Counted from the stretch's first letter, positions 1 to 13,587 are shown. The stretch is 59,264 nt of DNA from Actinomycetes bacterium (GCA_021824095.1 JAKALQ010000004.1:1-59264); one strand, 5' to 3'. Program-made: numbers and translations. Notes: generated from the letters alone by a model not told the origin.

Positions 1-453
1 GAGACCGAGGACGTCGAGGTCGAGATCAATGACGCCGACCTGCGCATCGACGTGTTCCGCTCATCGGGCCCCGGTGGCCAATCGGTGAACACCACCGACT
101 CCGCCGTGCGCATCACGCACCTGCCCACCGGCATCGTCGTGTCCTGCCAGAACGAGAAGTCGCAGCTGCAGAACAAGGAGTCGGCCATGCGCATCCTGCG
201 TGCCCGCCTCATCGCGGCGGCCGAGGAGGCTCGCGCTGCCGAGGCATCGGCCACCCGGAAGGCGCAGGTGCGCACGGTCGATCGCAGCGAGCGCATCCGC
301 ACCTACAACTTCCCGGAGAACCGCATCTCCGACCACCGGGTCGGTTACAAGGCGAACAACCTCGATCGCGTGCTCGAGGGCGACCTCGACGCGGTCGTCG
401 AGTCGCTGCAGGCGGCCGACCGCGAGGCTCGCATGGCGGACGCCGGCGCCTGA
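1..453 (+). CDS. prfA: Peptide chain release factor 1 (5'-truncated by window edge)
   Basis: Frame open from base 1; [17 protein letters not shown] (GGQ) and [11 protein letters not shown] motifs; followed by prmC. Confidence 0.97.
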   Translation, partial: ETEDVEVEINDADLRIDVFRSSGPGGQSVNTTDSAVRITHLPTGIVVSCQNEKSQLQNKESAMRILRARLIAAAEEARAAEASATRKAQVRTVDRSERIRTYNFPENRISDHRVGYKANNLDRVLEGDLDAVVESLQAADREARMADAGA

Positions 454-551
454 GGCCACCAATGTCAGGGGTCGGTGCGCACCGGCCTGCCTGCCCCACG
501 CATGGGCGCGCCCTGTGCTTCGATTGCCGGCACGAGCAAGGCGAGGAACCC

Positions 552-1466
552 ATGACCACCGCACGACAGGCCCTCATCGACGGCACCGAGCGCCTGCGTG
601 CCGCCGGCATCGACAGCGCGCGCACGGATGCAGAGCTGCTGCTGTGCCACGTGCTCGGCGTCACGCGCACCCGCCTGCTGCTCGTCGACGAGCTCGACCA
701 TGACCAGCGCATGGCGTATGAGCGCCTGCTGTCGCGCCGGCAGAGCCGAGTGCCCCTGCAGCACCTCACCGGTGTTGCGCCCTTCCGGCGTCTCACGCTT
801 GCCATCGGCCCCGGGGCGCTGGTGCCGCGGCCTGAGACCGAGACCGTCGTCGAGGCCGCCATCCGCTGGGTGCGGGCGCGGCGCGACGAGGGCACCCTGC
901 CGCAGGCGGGGGAGCGGCCGCTGCTGCTCGACCTCTGCTCCGGTGCCGCCCCCATCGCGCTGGCCCTCGCCACCGAGCTGCCCGGCGTCGATGTCGTCGG
1001 CATCGAGCGCTATGCCGATGCCCAGGCGTGGGGTCGGCGCAACCTCGCGCTCCATGCGGACGCCGTGCAGGCGAGCAGCAGCAGCCTCGACCTCATCGAC
1101 GGCGACGCCACCGACCCCGGCCTGTTCGAGACCTACGCGGATCGTGCCGCACTCGTCATCACCAATCCGCCCTACATCCCCAACGGCATGGTGCCGCGCG
1201 ACCCCGAGGTGGCGGCCCACGATCCGCATGAGGCGCTCTTCGGCGGGCCGGACGGGCTTGAGATCGTGCGCGGCCTGCTCGACACCGCCGCCCTCGCGCT
1301 GCGCCCGGGCGGGTTGCTCGTCATCGAGCATGCGGACGCTCAGGGTGAGCGGGCTGGCGACGCCGGGGTGCCGGCGGTCGTGCGCGCCCATGGCGCCTTC
1401 ACCGACGTCGTCGACCATGACGACCTCACGGGTCGCCCCCGCTACACGACGGCCCTGCGCACCTGA
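552..1466 (+). CDS. prmC: Release factor glutamine N5-methyltransferase
   Basis: [23 protein letters not shown]-binding and NPPY motifs; GAGGA before ATG 552. Confidence 0.95.
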   Translation: MTTARQALIDGTERLRAAGIDSARTDAELLLCHVLGVTRTRLLLVDELDHDQRMAYERLLSRRQSRVPLQHLTGVAPFRRLTLAIGPGALVPRPETETVVEAAIRWVRARRDEGTLPQAGERPLLLDLCSGAAPIALALATELPGVDVVGIERYADAQAWGRRNLALHADAVQASSSSLDLIDGDATDPGLFETYADRAALVITNPPYIPNGMVPRDPEVAAHDPHEALFGGPDGLEIVRGLLDTAALALRPGGLLVIEHADAQGERAGDAGVPAVVRAHGAFTDVVDHDDLTGRPRYTTALRT

Positions 1467-1511
1467 CGCCGCCCGTCACCCCGTCCCCACGACGCATGCG
1501 AGGCTAGGACC

Positions 1512-2153
1512 ATGGAGCACCGCTACCACGTCGGCGACCCCCAGCAGCGGGAGGCCGGACTCGCGCACGCGGTCTCGGCCGCGCGCCGCGGCGAACTCGT
1601 CGTCGTGAACGTCGACGGCGCCCACGCGCTCATCACCGACGCGTTCTCGCACGTCGGCGTCGAGCGCATTCGCACGCTTCGCGCCCGCCCGGGCATGAAC
1701 GTGCCCGTGCTCGTGCCGCGTGCCTCCACCGTCGACGGCCTGGCCTGGCTCACCGGTGACGCCGATCCTGCCGCCCGAACCCTCATGCGCGACTGCTGGC
1801 CCGGTCCGCTCACGATCGTGGCCCCCGCGCAACCGTCGCTGCCCTGGACCTGCACGCCCGATGGTGTCGTCGCCGTGCGCATGCCGATGCACCCGTGGAC
1901 CCTCGACATCCTGCGCACCCTCGGCCCGGCGGCCACGGTGCCCACGCATCGCGCCGGCGAGGCGCCGCACGTCGACGTGGACGCGGTGTGGGAGGCCATC
2001 GGCGCGGTGGCCTCGGTCTACCTCGATGGCGGCCCACTGCTGCCGGACCAGACGTCGAGCATCGTCGACGTCACCGATGGCACACCCCGCCTCACCCGTG
2101 AGGGCGCCTTCACACGCGCCCACCTCACGAACCTGGTGCCCGACCTTGGCTGA
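1512..2153 (+). CDS. TsaC/Sua5/YrdC-family protein with degenerate catalytic motifs
   Basis: RRGELVV, DAF, WPGPLT, VAVRMP, YLDGG, SSIVD and REGA fold motifs; syntenic position after prmC; PTDTVYG, KxR and SxN are not conserved. Confidence 0.85.
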   Translation: MEHRYHVGDPQQREAGLAHAVSAARRGELVVVNVDGAHALITDAFSHVGVERIRTLRARPGMNVPVLVPRASTVDGLAWLTGDADPAARTLMRDCWPGPLTIVAPAQPSLPWTCTPDGVVAVRMPMHPWTLDILRTLGPAATVPTHRAGEAPHVDVDAVWEAIGAVASVYLDGGPLLPDQTSSIVDVTDGTPRLTREGAFTRAHLTNLVPDLG

Positions 2154-2367
2154 CGTCGTGCTCACCCTGGTGCCGTCGCGTGTGGTGGCGGACCTCGTCG
2201 TCGGGCTGCTCGCCGACAATGGCATCCGTGCGCTCGTCGCAGCGGATGACCTGGGTGGCATGCAGCCGTCCCTGCAGATACTCGGCGTGCGGGTGCTCGT
2301 CGCCGCCGATGACCTCGCCGAGGCGCAGGCGCTGCTCGCCTCCGGCATCGAGCCCGACGGCCCCTGA
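2146..2367 (+). CDS. Small DUF2007-like (putative signal-transducing) protein
   Basis: A..V.GLL..NGI.A...GVRVLV...D...A..LL pattern; TTG start overlapping the upstream stop. Confidence 0.65.
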   Translation: MADVVLTLVPSRVVADLVVGLLADNGIRALVAADDLGGMQPSLQILGVRVLVAADDLAEAQALLASGIEPDGP

Positions 2368-2494
2368 GCGCTCACGCCACACTGCGGAACCGCGCGTCGC
2401 TTCGGCGTGGTACCCGTCGGCTCGGGCGACGCGACCGGGGATGGGTCGGGCCCGCTCGGTAGGCTGCGCGCACACCCGACGCGAAGGGACGCAT

Positions 2495-3763
2495 GTGAAC
2501 GCGACGCCATTCTGGGGCCCGGACTTCGACCAGCTTGCCCAGCTCGACCCGCAGATGGCGGACCTGCTCCTGCGTGAGCTCGGGCGCCTGCGCAGTGGGC
2601 TGCAGCTCATCGCGTCCGAGAACTTCACGTCCCCCGCGGTGCTCGCGGCACTCGGCAGCACGCTGTCGAACAAGTACGCCGAGGGCTACCCGGGCAAGCG
2701 CTACTACGGTGGCTGCGAGGTCGTCGACGAGGTCGAGCGGCTCGGCATCGAGCGCGCCAAGGCCCTCTTCGGCGCCGACCACGCGAACCTGCAGCCGCAC
2801 TCCGGTGCCAGCGCCAACATCGCCGTCTACGGCGCCTTCCTGCAGCCGGGTGACACCGTGCTTGCCATGGCGCTGCCGCACGGTGGCCACCTCACGCATG
2901 GCGCCAAGGTGAGCTTCTCCGGCAAGTGGTTCAACGCCGTGCACTACGGCGTCAACCGCGAGACCGAGGACATCGACTACGACCAGATGCGCGACCTGGC
3001 CCGTGAGCACAAGCCGAAGATGATCATCGCCGGCGGCTCCGCCATCCCGCGCCTCATCGACTTCGCGGCCTTCCGCGCCGTCGCCGACGAGGTGGGTGCG
3101 ATCCTCATGGTCGACGCCGCCCACTTCATCGGCCTCGTCGCAGGCAAGGCCATCCCCTCGCCGGTGCCCTACGCCGACGTCGTCACCTTCACCACGCACA
3201 AGGTGCTGCGCGGCCCGCGCGGCGGCATGATCGTGTGCAAGGCGGAGCACGCGGCGGCCATCGACAAGGCCGTGTTCCCGATGATGCAGGGCGGCCCGCT
3301 CATGCACGGTGTCGCGGCGAAGGCCGTCAACCTCGCCGAGTGCGCCACCCCCGAGTACCAGGCCTATGCCCGACAGGTCATCGCCAACAGCCAGGCGCTC
3401 ACATCCACGCTTGCCTCCCACGGGCTGCGCCCCACCACGGGTGGCACCGACACCCACCTCGCGCTGCTCGACCTGCAGGGCGTGGGCGTCACGGGCATCG
3501 ACGCCGAGCAGCGCTGTGGTGAGGCCGGGATCGTGCTGAACAAAAACGCCATCCCCTTCGACCCGGCGCCGCCGTCGATCGCCTCGGGCATCCGCGTCGG
3601 CACACCGTCGGTCACCACGCAGGGCATGGGCGTGCCGGAGGTGCAGCACATCGGCGACCTCATCGCCCGTGCGGTGCTGTCGACGTCCTCCGAGGAGCGC
3701 GTGGCGATCCGGCACGAGGTCGACGCCCTCGTCGCGCGCTTCCCCGCCTACCCCCGCGGCTGA
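2495..3763 (+). CDS. glyA: Serine hydroxymethyltransferase
   Basis: LIASEN, YAEGYPGKRYYGG, GGHLTHG, TTHKVLRGPRGG; GTG start after GAAGGGA. Confidence 0.98.
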   Translation: MNATPFWGPDFDQLAQLDPQMADLLLRELGRLRSGLQLIASENFTSPAVLAALGSTLSNKYAEGYPGKRYYGGCEVVDEVERLGIERAKALFGADHANLQPHSGASANIAVYGAFLQPGDTVLAMALPHGGHLTHGAKVSFSGKWFNAVHYGVNRETEDIDYDQMRDLAREHKPKMIIAGGSAIPRLIDFAAFRAVADEVGAILMVDAAHFIGLVAGKAIPSPVPYADVVTFTTHKVLRGPRGGMIVCKAEHAAAIDKAVFPMMQGGPLMHGVAAKAVNLAECATPEYQAYARQVIANSQALTSTLASHGLRPTTGGTDTHLALLDLQGVGVTGIDAEQRCGEAGIVLNKNAIPFDPAPPSIASGIRVGTPSVTTQGMGVPEVQHIGDLIARAVLSTSSEERVAIRHEVDALVARFPAYPRG

Positions 3764-3851
3764 ATCGGTTCGGCTACCCCGACATCTCCGGCGTCTGTCG
3801 GGACGTTGGCCCCTAGCCTCGCCCAACATCCACAGTTGGGGAGTCGCACCC

Positions 3852-5051
3852 GTGCCACCGTTCCGCCGCGCCGCCGCCGTCCTGCTGCTCGCCCTCACGG
3901 GCATCGCAGCGCCCGCGCACGCCGCACCATCCACGCCTCCGTCAACCGCCGGTGGCGCGAGTGCGGTCATCTACTTCGACGCCGGTTCCAGCCGACTGCT
4001 GCCCTCGGCGCAGCGGACGCTGGCGCGGGTCGCCACCGACCTCAGCGCCGAGGCATCGTTGCGCATCACGGGCTATGTGCAAGCGTCCGGCACCTCGGCG
4101 AACAACCTGTCGCTCGGTCTCGCCCGAGCCGCTGCGGTACGGCAGTTCCTCGTGGGGCACGGTGTGCGGTCCGCGATCTCGATCCACAGTGCCGGCATCC
4201 GCGCCGGTCTGGCCACGACCGCGAGGGCTCGCGCGGCCACCCTGTCGTGGACGACGCCGCAGCAGCCGACCACCCCAGCAACACCAGCGACCGACACCTC
4301 GTCAGTGACCCCACCCTCGCCGTCGACGCCGGACACCTCCACGCCTGCACCCGCAGGCACGGACACCACGACGGCGACGCCGCCTGCACCTGCAACCTGC
4401 ACGGTCGTCTTCGACTCGCAGGCGTCCATGCCCGCTGAGGTCGCATCCGCGGCCGTCGCACCGGGTGCCAGCGTCACGCTCCCGCGCGTTCCATATGGCC
4501 CCGGCAGCTTCGGCGGGTGGTTCACCGATGCCAACAACGCGAAGACCCGCGCCCAGGATCCCAGCGCCTTCGTGGGCTTCGCCACGCAGCAGGTGGCCGC
4601 AACCTGTGCAGCCGGTGGCACGCTCACGCTCTTCGCCCACTGGGTCGTCGACGTTGTCCCGGTGACCACCCGAGGGCAACTGCATGTGACCGCGACGGTA
4701 TTAGCGAACGACACGGTGACGGTGTCCGACTGTGCTTCGGGATGCCCGGTTTCCAAGACGGGTGCCGCCACCGCCTATTCGTTCGAGACGATGACCGCTG
4801 GGAGCGGTGGCAGCATCACGGTCTCGCTCAAGAAGTTCCTGCGTTCCACATCCTGGACGATCACCTATGGCGGAGGCACGTCGGAGAGCGTCTACTCGAC
4901 GACCGCCGTCGGGTCGCGGACGTTCACGGTGACGAACGGGACCTTCACCCGCACCATTGCCTCTGACGGTTCGATCACGATCGTGTGGACGCCGACCTCC
5001 GGTCGATCGGGCACGGACAGCCTGTCGGTCTCTGCCGTCGACAACACCTGA
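3852..5051 (+). CDS. Secreted protein: OmpA-like domain, Pro/Thr linker, InlB B-repeat-like module, Ser/Thr-rich C-terminal domain
   Basis: Signal peptide ending AHA-A; IYFDAGSSRL...ITGYVQ...NLSLGLARAAAVRQFL; TVVFDSQ...FGGWFTD...LTLFAHW. Confidence 0.75.
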   Translation: MPPFRRAAAVLLLALTGIAAPAHAAPSTPPSTAGGASAVIYFDAGSSRLLPSAQRTLARVATDLSAEASLRITGYVQASGTSANNLSLGLARAAAVRQFLVGHGVRSAISIHSAGIRAGLATTARARAATLSWTTPQQPTTPATPATDTSSVTPPSPSTPDTSTPAPAGTDTTTATPPAPATCTVVFDSQASMPAEVASAAVAPGASVTLPRVPYGPGSFGGWFTDANNAKTRAQDPSAFVGFATQQVAATCAAGGTLTLFAHWVVDVVPVTTRGQLHVTATVLANDTVTVSDCASGCPVSKTGAATAYSFETMTAGSGGSITVSLKKFLRSTSWTITYGGGTSESVYSTTAVGSRTFTVTNGTFTRTIASDGSITIVWTPTSGRSGTDSLSVSAVDNT

Positions 5052-5200
5052 TCGATCGCGTGCCGCTGCCGTGGGCCTACACCTGCCTGGTGGGGGCCCA
5101 CGGCCCTTCGCTGACACACGCATTCGCCGAAGTCGACTGGACAGCCCGGCACGTCAGCGCGACCACCGGCCGGCGTGCGCTCGACCGCCATACTGTGCCC

Positions 5201-6301
5201 ATGCGCGAGTACGTGTTGTGCCTCATGGTGGCCGCTGCCGTGACGTACCTCGCCACCCCCGGTGTGCGCGCGCTCGCCCTGCGTGCCGGTGCCTACACGC
5301 ACATCCGTAAGCGTGACGTGCACACCACGATCACGCCGCGATGGGGCGGGCTCGGCATGTACCTCGGCCTACTCGCCAGTTTCGCGCTCGCCTGGAAGCT
5401 GCCGATGATGCGCTCGGTGTTCGAGGACCCGGGCATGGTGTTCGGGCTCCTCGGCGCCACCACCTTGCTCGTCGTCATCGGCCTTGTCGACGACCGCATC
5501 GGCCTCGATGCGCCGACGAAGTTCGCGGGACAGGCGATGGCAGCGGGCATCCTCGCGTGGCAGGGGGTCGGCTTCATCTGGCTGCCGCTCGGCAACGCCA
5601 CCGTGCTCGACCCCATCACCTCGGCGCTGCTCACCCTGCTCGTCGTGCTCGTGTGCGTGAACGCCGTGAACTTCGTCGATGGCCTCGACGGCCTCGCATC
5701 CGGCATCGTCCTTGTCGGTGCGGCCGCCAGCTTCGTGTACTCGTACCTGCTGAGCGTCAACTACGGCTTTGAGCGCGCCACCCTCTCCACCCTCATCTCG
5801 GCCGTGCTCACGGGCATGTGCCTGGGCTTCCTGCCACACAACGTGAACCCGGCGCGCATCTTCATGGGCGACACGGGCGCCATGATGCTCGGGCTGCTCC
5901 TGGCGAGCGGCGCCATCACGCTCACGGGCCAGGTCGACCCCAACGCCCTCAGCGACACCTCGCGGGCCTCCACCGTGCTGCCGATCCTGCTGCCGCTCGC
6001 CACCCTCGCCATCCCGCTGCTCGACCTCGTGCTCGCCGTCGTGCGTCGCACCGCGCGCGGCCGCAGCCCGCTGTCGCCGGACAAGGAGCACCTGCACCAT
6101 CGGCTGCTCAACCTCGGGCACAGCCCACGCGTCGCGGCGTCGCTCATGCACGCCGGTGCGGCAATCCTCGCCTTCTCCACCGTGGCCCTCGCGTTCGCGC
6201 CCTGGCCGGCCGTGCTCGTGGTCTTCCTCATGGCCTCAGCATTGCTCGCCGCTGCCATCCTCCACCGCCCCCATCACGCCGTCCTTGAGGAGCAGGCATG
6301 A
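5201..6301 (+). CDS. wecA: MraY/WecA-family polyprenyl-phosphate GlcNAc-1-phosphate transferase
   Basis: GLVDD, NAVNFVDGLDGL, IFMGDTG, HLHHRL; multi-TM; position before the atp operon. Confidence 0.93.
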   Translation: MREYVLCLMVAAAVTYLATPGVRALALRAGAYTHIRKRDVHTTITPRWGGLGMYLGLLASFALAWKLPMMRSVFEDPGMVFGLLGATTLLVVIGLVDDRIGLDAPTKFAGQAMAAGILAWQGVGFIWLPLGNATVLDPITSALLTLLVVLVCVNAVNFVDGLDGLASGIVLVGAAASFVYSYLLSVNYGFERATLSTLISAVLTGMCLGFLPHNVNPARIFMGDTGAMMLGLLLASGAITLTGQVDPNALSDTSRASTVLPILLPLATLAIPLLDLVLAVVRRTARGRSPLSPDKEHLHHRLLNLGHSPRVAASLMHAGAAILAFSTVALAFAPWPAVLVVFLMASALLAAAILHRPHHAVLEEQA

Positions 6302-6702
6302 GCGATCCCCGAGAGCCCCACGTCAGGGTGCTCCGCGTCGGCGCCCTCGCGGTGCTCCTCCTGCTCGTCGTGGCGGTGCCGCTCGGTGCCCTGCGGGCGG
6401 GTGCTGCCGGGGCCCGGGGGGCGCTCATCGGCGCACTGGTGCCGGCCGTGTTCCTCGGCATCACCATGGCGACGGCCGTCTGGGCGCGACGCCTTCGCGC
6501 CGACCTCCTCGGCTTCGCCATCCTCGGCTCCTGGCTGCCGAAGCTCATCGCGCTCCTCGGTGTCCTGGCCTGGCTGCGGCACGGGCACTGGTACGACCGC
6601 CCCACGCTCTTCGTCACCCTCCTCACCGGCACCGTCGTGCTCCTCGGGCTCGAGGGATGGCTCGTCACCCGCGCCCCGCAGTACTATGCCGACCCCTCCT
6701 GA
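6298..6702 (+). CDS. AtpI-like 4-TM membrane protein
   Basis: Four hydrophobic segments; ATGA overlap with wecA; upstream of the atp operon. Confidence 0.7.
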   Translation: MSDPREPHVRVLRVGALAVLLLLVVAVPLGALRAGAAGARGALIGALVPAVFLGITMATAVWARRLRADLLGFAILGSWLPKLIALLGVLAWLRHGHWYDRPTLFVTLLTGTVVLLGLEGWLVTRAPQYYADPS

Positions 6703-6856
6703 GCGCGGGAAACGCCCCGGAAATCGGGCGATCCGTGTGACGTGCACCACGCGCCACGCGCGTTCACGCTGCCGCTCGTCGCACAGGCCGTCACCGACGG
6801 TCGGCGGGACCTCCCGCCGTCAACTTTCCGTAAATAACCCGGTAGGGTTCGCGGCG

Positions 6857-7084
6857 ATGGGCGAGCAACCTCCGGCTGATCGTCCCGGCACGAATGGCGC
6901 CCCCCACGGTGAGTCAATGGCCTGGGCGGCGATCTCCACCCTCGTGGCCGGGCCGGCGACCTGGGGTGGCATCGGATGGCTTGTCGATCACTGGCTGGGG
7001 ACGGGACGCGTGTTCACCGCCTCTGGTGTGGTCGTCGGGTTCATCGCGAGCGTGTACATCGTCATCACCAAGTACGGGCAGTAG
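6857..7084 (+). CDS. AtpZ/AtpI-family small membrane protein
   Basis: WGGIGWLVDHWLGT signature, 2 TM, directly before atpB. Confidence 0.8.
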   Translation: MGEQPPADRPGTNGAPHGESMAWAAISTLVAGPATWGGIGWLVDHWLGTGRVFTASGVVVGFIASVYIVITKYGQ

Positions 7085-7137
7085 GGCACTGACCGTCCAC
7101 GGGCACCGCCCGCGACTCGAAGGGGAGCGACGCGAGC

Positions 7138-7929
7138 ATGATTCGCGCCATGCTGATGGCCGCTGGCAGCGGCTTCACGGCACCCAACGTCGATGAGTTC
7201 TTCCCGAAGGCCGCGCTCTTCGCGGGCACCGCCTTCCGGATGACCCGCATCAACCTCATCGGCCTCCTCATGACGCTCGTCGTCATGGTCTTCTTCACCA
7301 TCGCCTTCCGCAAGCCGCAGTTCGTGCCGCGTGGCATCCAGAACGCCGGCGAGGTGGCCATCAACTTCGTGCGCATCAACATCGTCGAGGAGGTCCTCGG
7401 CAAGCACGGCCGCGCCTACGAGGGCTACCTGTCGGCGCTGTTCTTCATGGTGCTCGCCTTCAACGTCACGGGCTTCGTGCCGGGCCTGCAGATCGCCGGC
7501 ACGTCGGTCGTCGCCATCCCGATGCTCCTCGCGATCGTGTCCTGGATCGTGTTCAATGCATCGGGCATCCGCCACCACGGCCTCGGGCACTACCTCAAGG
7601 CCAACCTGTTCCCCAGTGGGGTGCCGGCGCCGATCTACCTGCTCGTCACGCCGATCGAGTTCATCTCGACGTTCCTGCTGCGCCCGGTCACGCTCACGGT
7701 GCGTCTGCTCGCCAACATGATGAGCGGGCACCTGCTGCTCGTGCTCTTCTTCTCGGCCACCTCGTACCTGCTCTTCGACGCCACCGGCTTCCTCAAGATC
7801 TTCGGCCTGGCCTCGTACGCGATGGGCTTCGCGTTCACGCTGTTCGAGATCCTCGTCGCCTTCCTGCAGGCCTACATCTTCACGCTCCTCACCGCCGTGT
7901 ACATCGACGGCGCCCTGTCGGAGCACTGA
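7138..7929 (+). CDS. atpB: ATP synthase Fo subunit a
   Basis: PIEFIS, TLTVRLLANM (essential Arg), LQAYIF. Confidence 0.97.
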   Translation: MIRAMLMAAGSGFTAPNVDEFFPKAALFAGTAFRMTRINLIGLLMTLVVMVFFTIAFRKPQFVPRGIQNAGEVAINFVRINIVEEVLGKHGRAYEGYLSALFFMVLAFNVTGFVPGLQIAGTSVVAIPMLLAIVSWIVFNASGIRHHGLGHYLKANLFPSGVPAPIYLLVTPIEFISTFLLRPVTLTVRLLANMMSGHLLLVLFFSATSYLLFDATGFLKIFGLASYAMGFAFTLFEILVAFLQAYIFTLLTAVYIDGALSEH

Positions 7930-8211
<282 letters not shown>

Positions 8212-8232
8212 TCGTCCGGAGCGGATTCGTCC

Positions 8233-8784
8233 ATGGTTCTCTCAGCATTGGTCCTCGCGGAGGGTGACAAGCCCAGCGTGCTGCTGCCCGCCACCGCAGA
8301 CCTGATCTGGGGCACGCTCTCGTTCGTCATCCTGCTCGTCTTCTTCTCGAAGTACGTGCTGCCGACGGCCCGCAAGCTCGCCAACGAGCGTGCGGACAAG
8401 ATCGAGGGCGGCCTGCGCCGCGCCGAGGCTGCACAGGCGGAGGCCGAGCGCCTGCTTGAGCAGTACCGCGAGGCACTCGCCGAGGCTCGGACGGAGGCTG
8501 CGGCCATCCGCAACGCCGCCCAGGCCGATCGCGCGCACATCATCGAGGAGGCGCGCGCCGAGGCGGTCGCAGCGGCGACCGAGATCTCCCAGCGTGCCCA
8601 TGAGCAGATCGCATCCGAGCAGGCGCAGGTCATGAGCGGCCTCAAGCGTGAGGTGGGCGAGATCGCCGTCGACCTCGCTGGCCGCATCGTCGGTGAGGTC
8701 CTTGCCGATGACGCCCGTGCCCGTGCCGCGGTGGATCGCTTCATCGCCGACCTCGAGCGCTCGGCCGCGGAGGCGGGTCACTGA
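8233..8784 (+). CDS. atpF: ATP synthase Fo subunit b
   Basis: N-terminal TM plus long coiled coil; operon order. Confidence 0.95.
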   Translation: MVLSALVLAEGDKPSVLLPATADLIWGTLSFVILLVFFSKYVLPTARKLANERADKIEGGLRRAEAAQAEAERLLEQYREALAEARTEAAAIRNAAQADRAHIIEEARAEAVAAATEISQRAHEQIASEQAQVMSGLKREVGEIAVDLAGRIVGEVLADDARARAAVDRFIADLERSAAEAGH

Positions 8785-9590
8785 TGTCCCTCACGAGCAC
8801 CGGCGCCCGTGCCGACCTCCGCCGCCTGATGGACGACCACGCGCAGGGCTGCAGCCTCGTCGTGGCCGAGCAGCTGTTGGCGGTCGCGACGCTGCTGGCG
8901 TCCGACAAGGCGCTGCGCACCACGCTCGCGGACGCCGGCACGTCGGTCGAGGCGCGGGCAGCTCTCGTGCACGACCTGCTCGATGGACGCGTCGACGCCC
9001 TCGCGGTCGACCTCGTGGCGGCTTCGGCGCGCCTGCGCTGGTCGGATGCCGATGGCCTCGTCGAGGCCATCGACGAGCTGGGTGCCGTCGTCGCCTTCAC
9101 CGCGGCGGAGGCCGATGGCTCGCTCGATGCGGTCGAGGAGGAGCTCTTCCGCTTCGGCCGTGCCGTCGACGCCAACCCCGACCTGCAGATGACGCTCACG
9201 AACCCCGCACTCCCGGCAGCCGCCAAGGCGCAGATCGTGCGGGACCTGGTGGCGGCACAGGCCACGGCCACCACCACGGCGCTGCTCACGCACGCAGCCG
9301 CCACACTGCGCGGTCGCCGCGTCGATGCTGTCGTCACCGCCCTCACGAACCTCGCCGCCGCCCAGCGCGAGCGGGTCGTGGCGCAGGTGCGCGTCGCCGT
9401 GGCGCTCGATGACGAGCAGCAGCGTCGGCTCGCCGCCGCCCTCTCGCGACTGCAGGGTCGCGAGGTGCGGCTCAACGTCGTCGTCGACCCCACGGTCGTT
9501 GGCGGCGCCTCCGTGCGCATCGGTGACGACGTCATCGACGGCACCATGGAAACCCGTCTCACCCAAGCCCGCCGAACCCTCATCGGCTAG
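8784..9590 (+). CDS. atpH: ATP synthase F1 subunit delta (long actinobacterial type)
   Basis: VEEELFRFGR, VDPTVVGG..VRIGDDVIDG. Confidence 0.95.
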   Translation: MSLTSTGARADLRRLMDDHAQGCSLVVAEQLLAVATLLASDKALRTTLADAGTSVEARAALVHDLLDGRVDALAVDLVAASARLRWSDADGLVEAIDELGAVVAFTAAEADGSLDAVEEELFRFGRAVDANPDLQMTLTNPALPAAAKAQIVRDLVAAQATATTTALLTHAAATLRGRRVDAVVTALTNLAAAQRERVVAQVRVAVALDDEQQRRLAAALSRLQGREVRLNVVVDPTVVGGASVRIGDDVIDGTMETRLTQARRTLIG

Positions 9591-9614
9591 TTCGACCCAA
9601 GAGAGCAGGACATC

Positions 9615-11246
9615 ATGACGGAGTTGTCGATCCGGCCGGACGACATCCGCGCCGCCATCGAGCGCAATGTCGCCTCGTTCGCGCCCACGACCACGCGCGA
9701 GGAGGTGGGCCGTGTTTCCGAGACCGGTGACGGCATCGCCCGCGTCGAGGGTCTCCACTCGGCGATGACGAACGAGCTCCTCGAGTTCGAGGGCGGCCTC
9801 CTCGGCCTCGCCCTCAACCTCGACGTCCACGAGATCGGCGCCGTGCTCCTCGGCGAGTTCTCGCACATCGAGGAGGGCCAGCCGGTGCGTCGCACGGGCG
9901 AGATCCTCTCGGTGCCCGTCGGCGACGGCTTCCTCGGCCGCGTTGTCGACCCGCTCGGCAATCCCATCGACGGCAAGGGCCCCATCGCCGCCGAGGGCCG
10001 TCGCGCCCTCGAGCTGCAGGCACCCACGGTGGTGCAGCGCCAGCCCGTGAAGGAGCCGATGCAGACGGGCATCAAGGCCATCGACGCCATGACCGCCATC
10101 GGTCGCGGCCAGCGCCAGCTCATCATCGGTGACCGCCAGACGGGCAAGACCGCGGTCGCCATCGACACCATCATCAACCAGCGCGCCAACTGGCTCTCGG
10201 GCGACCCGAAGAAGCAGGTCAAGTGCATCTACGTCGCCATCGGCCAGAAGGGCTCGACCATCGCCTCCGTGCGTGGTGCCCTCGAGGAGAACGGCGCCAT
10301 GGAGTACACGACGATCGTCGCGGCCCCCGCGTCCGATCCGGCGGGCTTCAAGTACCTCGCCCCCTACACCGGTTCGGCCATCGGCCAGCACTGGATGTAC
10401 CAGGGCCAGCACGTGCTCATCGTGTTCGACGACCTGTCGAAGCAGGCCGAGGCCTACCGTGCCGTGTCGCTCCTCCTGCGCCGCCCGCCGGGGCGCGAGG
10501 CCTACCCGGGCGACGTGTTCTACCTGCACAGCCGCCTGCTTGAGCGTTGCGCCAAGCTCTCGAACGAGCTCGGCGGCGGCTCGATGACCGGCCTGCCGAT
10601 CATCGAGACGAAGGCGAACGACGTGTCGGCCTACATCCCGACGAACGTCATCTCGATCACCGACGGCCAGTGCTTCCTCGAGTCCGATCTCTTCAACTCG
10701 GGCGTGCGTCCCGCCATCAACGTCGGCATCTCGGTGTCGCGTGTGGGTGGCTCGGCGCAGGTGAAGGGCATGAAGAAGGTTGCCGGCCGCCTGCGCCTTG
10801 ACCTGGCCCAGTACCGCGAGCTCGAGGCATTCGCGGCCTTCGGCTCCGACCTCGATGCCGCGTCGAAGGCGCTGCTCGAGCGCGGTGCGCGCCTCGTCGA
10901 GTTGCTGAAGCAGGGCCAGTACACGCCGTTCGCGGTGGAGCACGAGATCATCTCGGTGTGGGCCGGCACGCAGGGCAAGCTCGATGACGTCCCGGTCGAG
11001 GACATCCGCCGCTTCGAGTCGGAGTTCCTCGAATTCATGGGCCGCGAGAAGGGCGACGTCGTCGCTGCGCTGCGCGAGAAGCTCGACCTCACCGACGACA
11101 TCCTGTCGGGCCTTGAGGCGGCCATCGCCGACTTCAAGCGCCAGTTCACGACGTCGGCCGGCCACTCGCTCGTGAAGGACGAGCCGGTGCCCGCGATGCA
11201 TGGTGAGGACGTCCAGCACACGCAGATCACGGTTGTGAAGAAGTAG
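9615..11246 (+). CDS. atpA: ATP synthase F1 subunit alpha
   Basis: [29 protein letters not shown]. Confidence 0.99.
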   Translation: MTELSIRPDDIRAAIERNVASFAPTTTREEVGRVSETGDGIARVEGLHSAMTNELLEFEGGLLGLALNLDVHEIGAVLLGEFSHIEEGQPVRRTGEILSVPVGDGFLGRVVDPLGNPIDGKGPIAAEGRRALELQAPTVVQRQPVKEPMQTGIKAIDAMTAIGRGQRQLIIGDRQTGKTAVAIDTIINQRANWLSGDPKKQVKCIYVAIGQKGSTIASVRGALEENGAMEYTTIVAAPASDPAGFKYLAPYTGSAIGQHWMYQGQHVLIVFDDLSKQAEAYRAVSLLLRRPPGREAYPGDVFYLHSRLLERCAKLSNELGGGSMTGLPIIETKANDVSAYIPTNVISITDGQCFLESDLFNSGVRPAINVGISVSRVGGSAQVKGMKKVAGRLRLDLAQYRELEAFAAFGSDLDAASKALLERGARLVELLKQGQYTPFAVEHEIISVWAGTQGKLDDVPVEDIRRFESEFLEFMGREKGDVVAALREKLDLTDDILSGLEAAIADFKRQFTTSAGHSLVKDEPVPAMHGEDVQHTQITVVKK

Positions 11247-11249
11247 TCG

Positions 11250-13586
<2,337 letters not shown>

Positions 13587-13587
<1 letters not shown>

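Noticed and set aside
2368-2494. Possible ZTP or glycine riboswitch upstream of glyA
   Set aside because: Conserved elements (GACTGGCG...GTGG/CCAC...CGCCTGGG) not found
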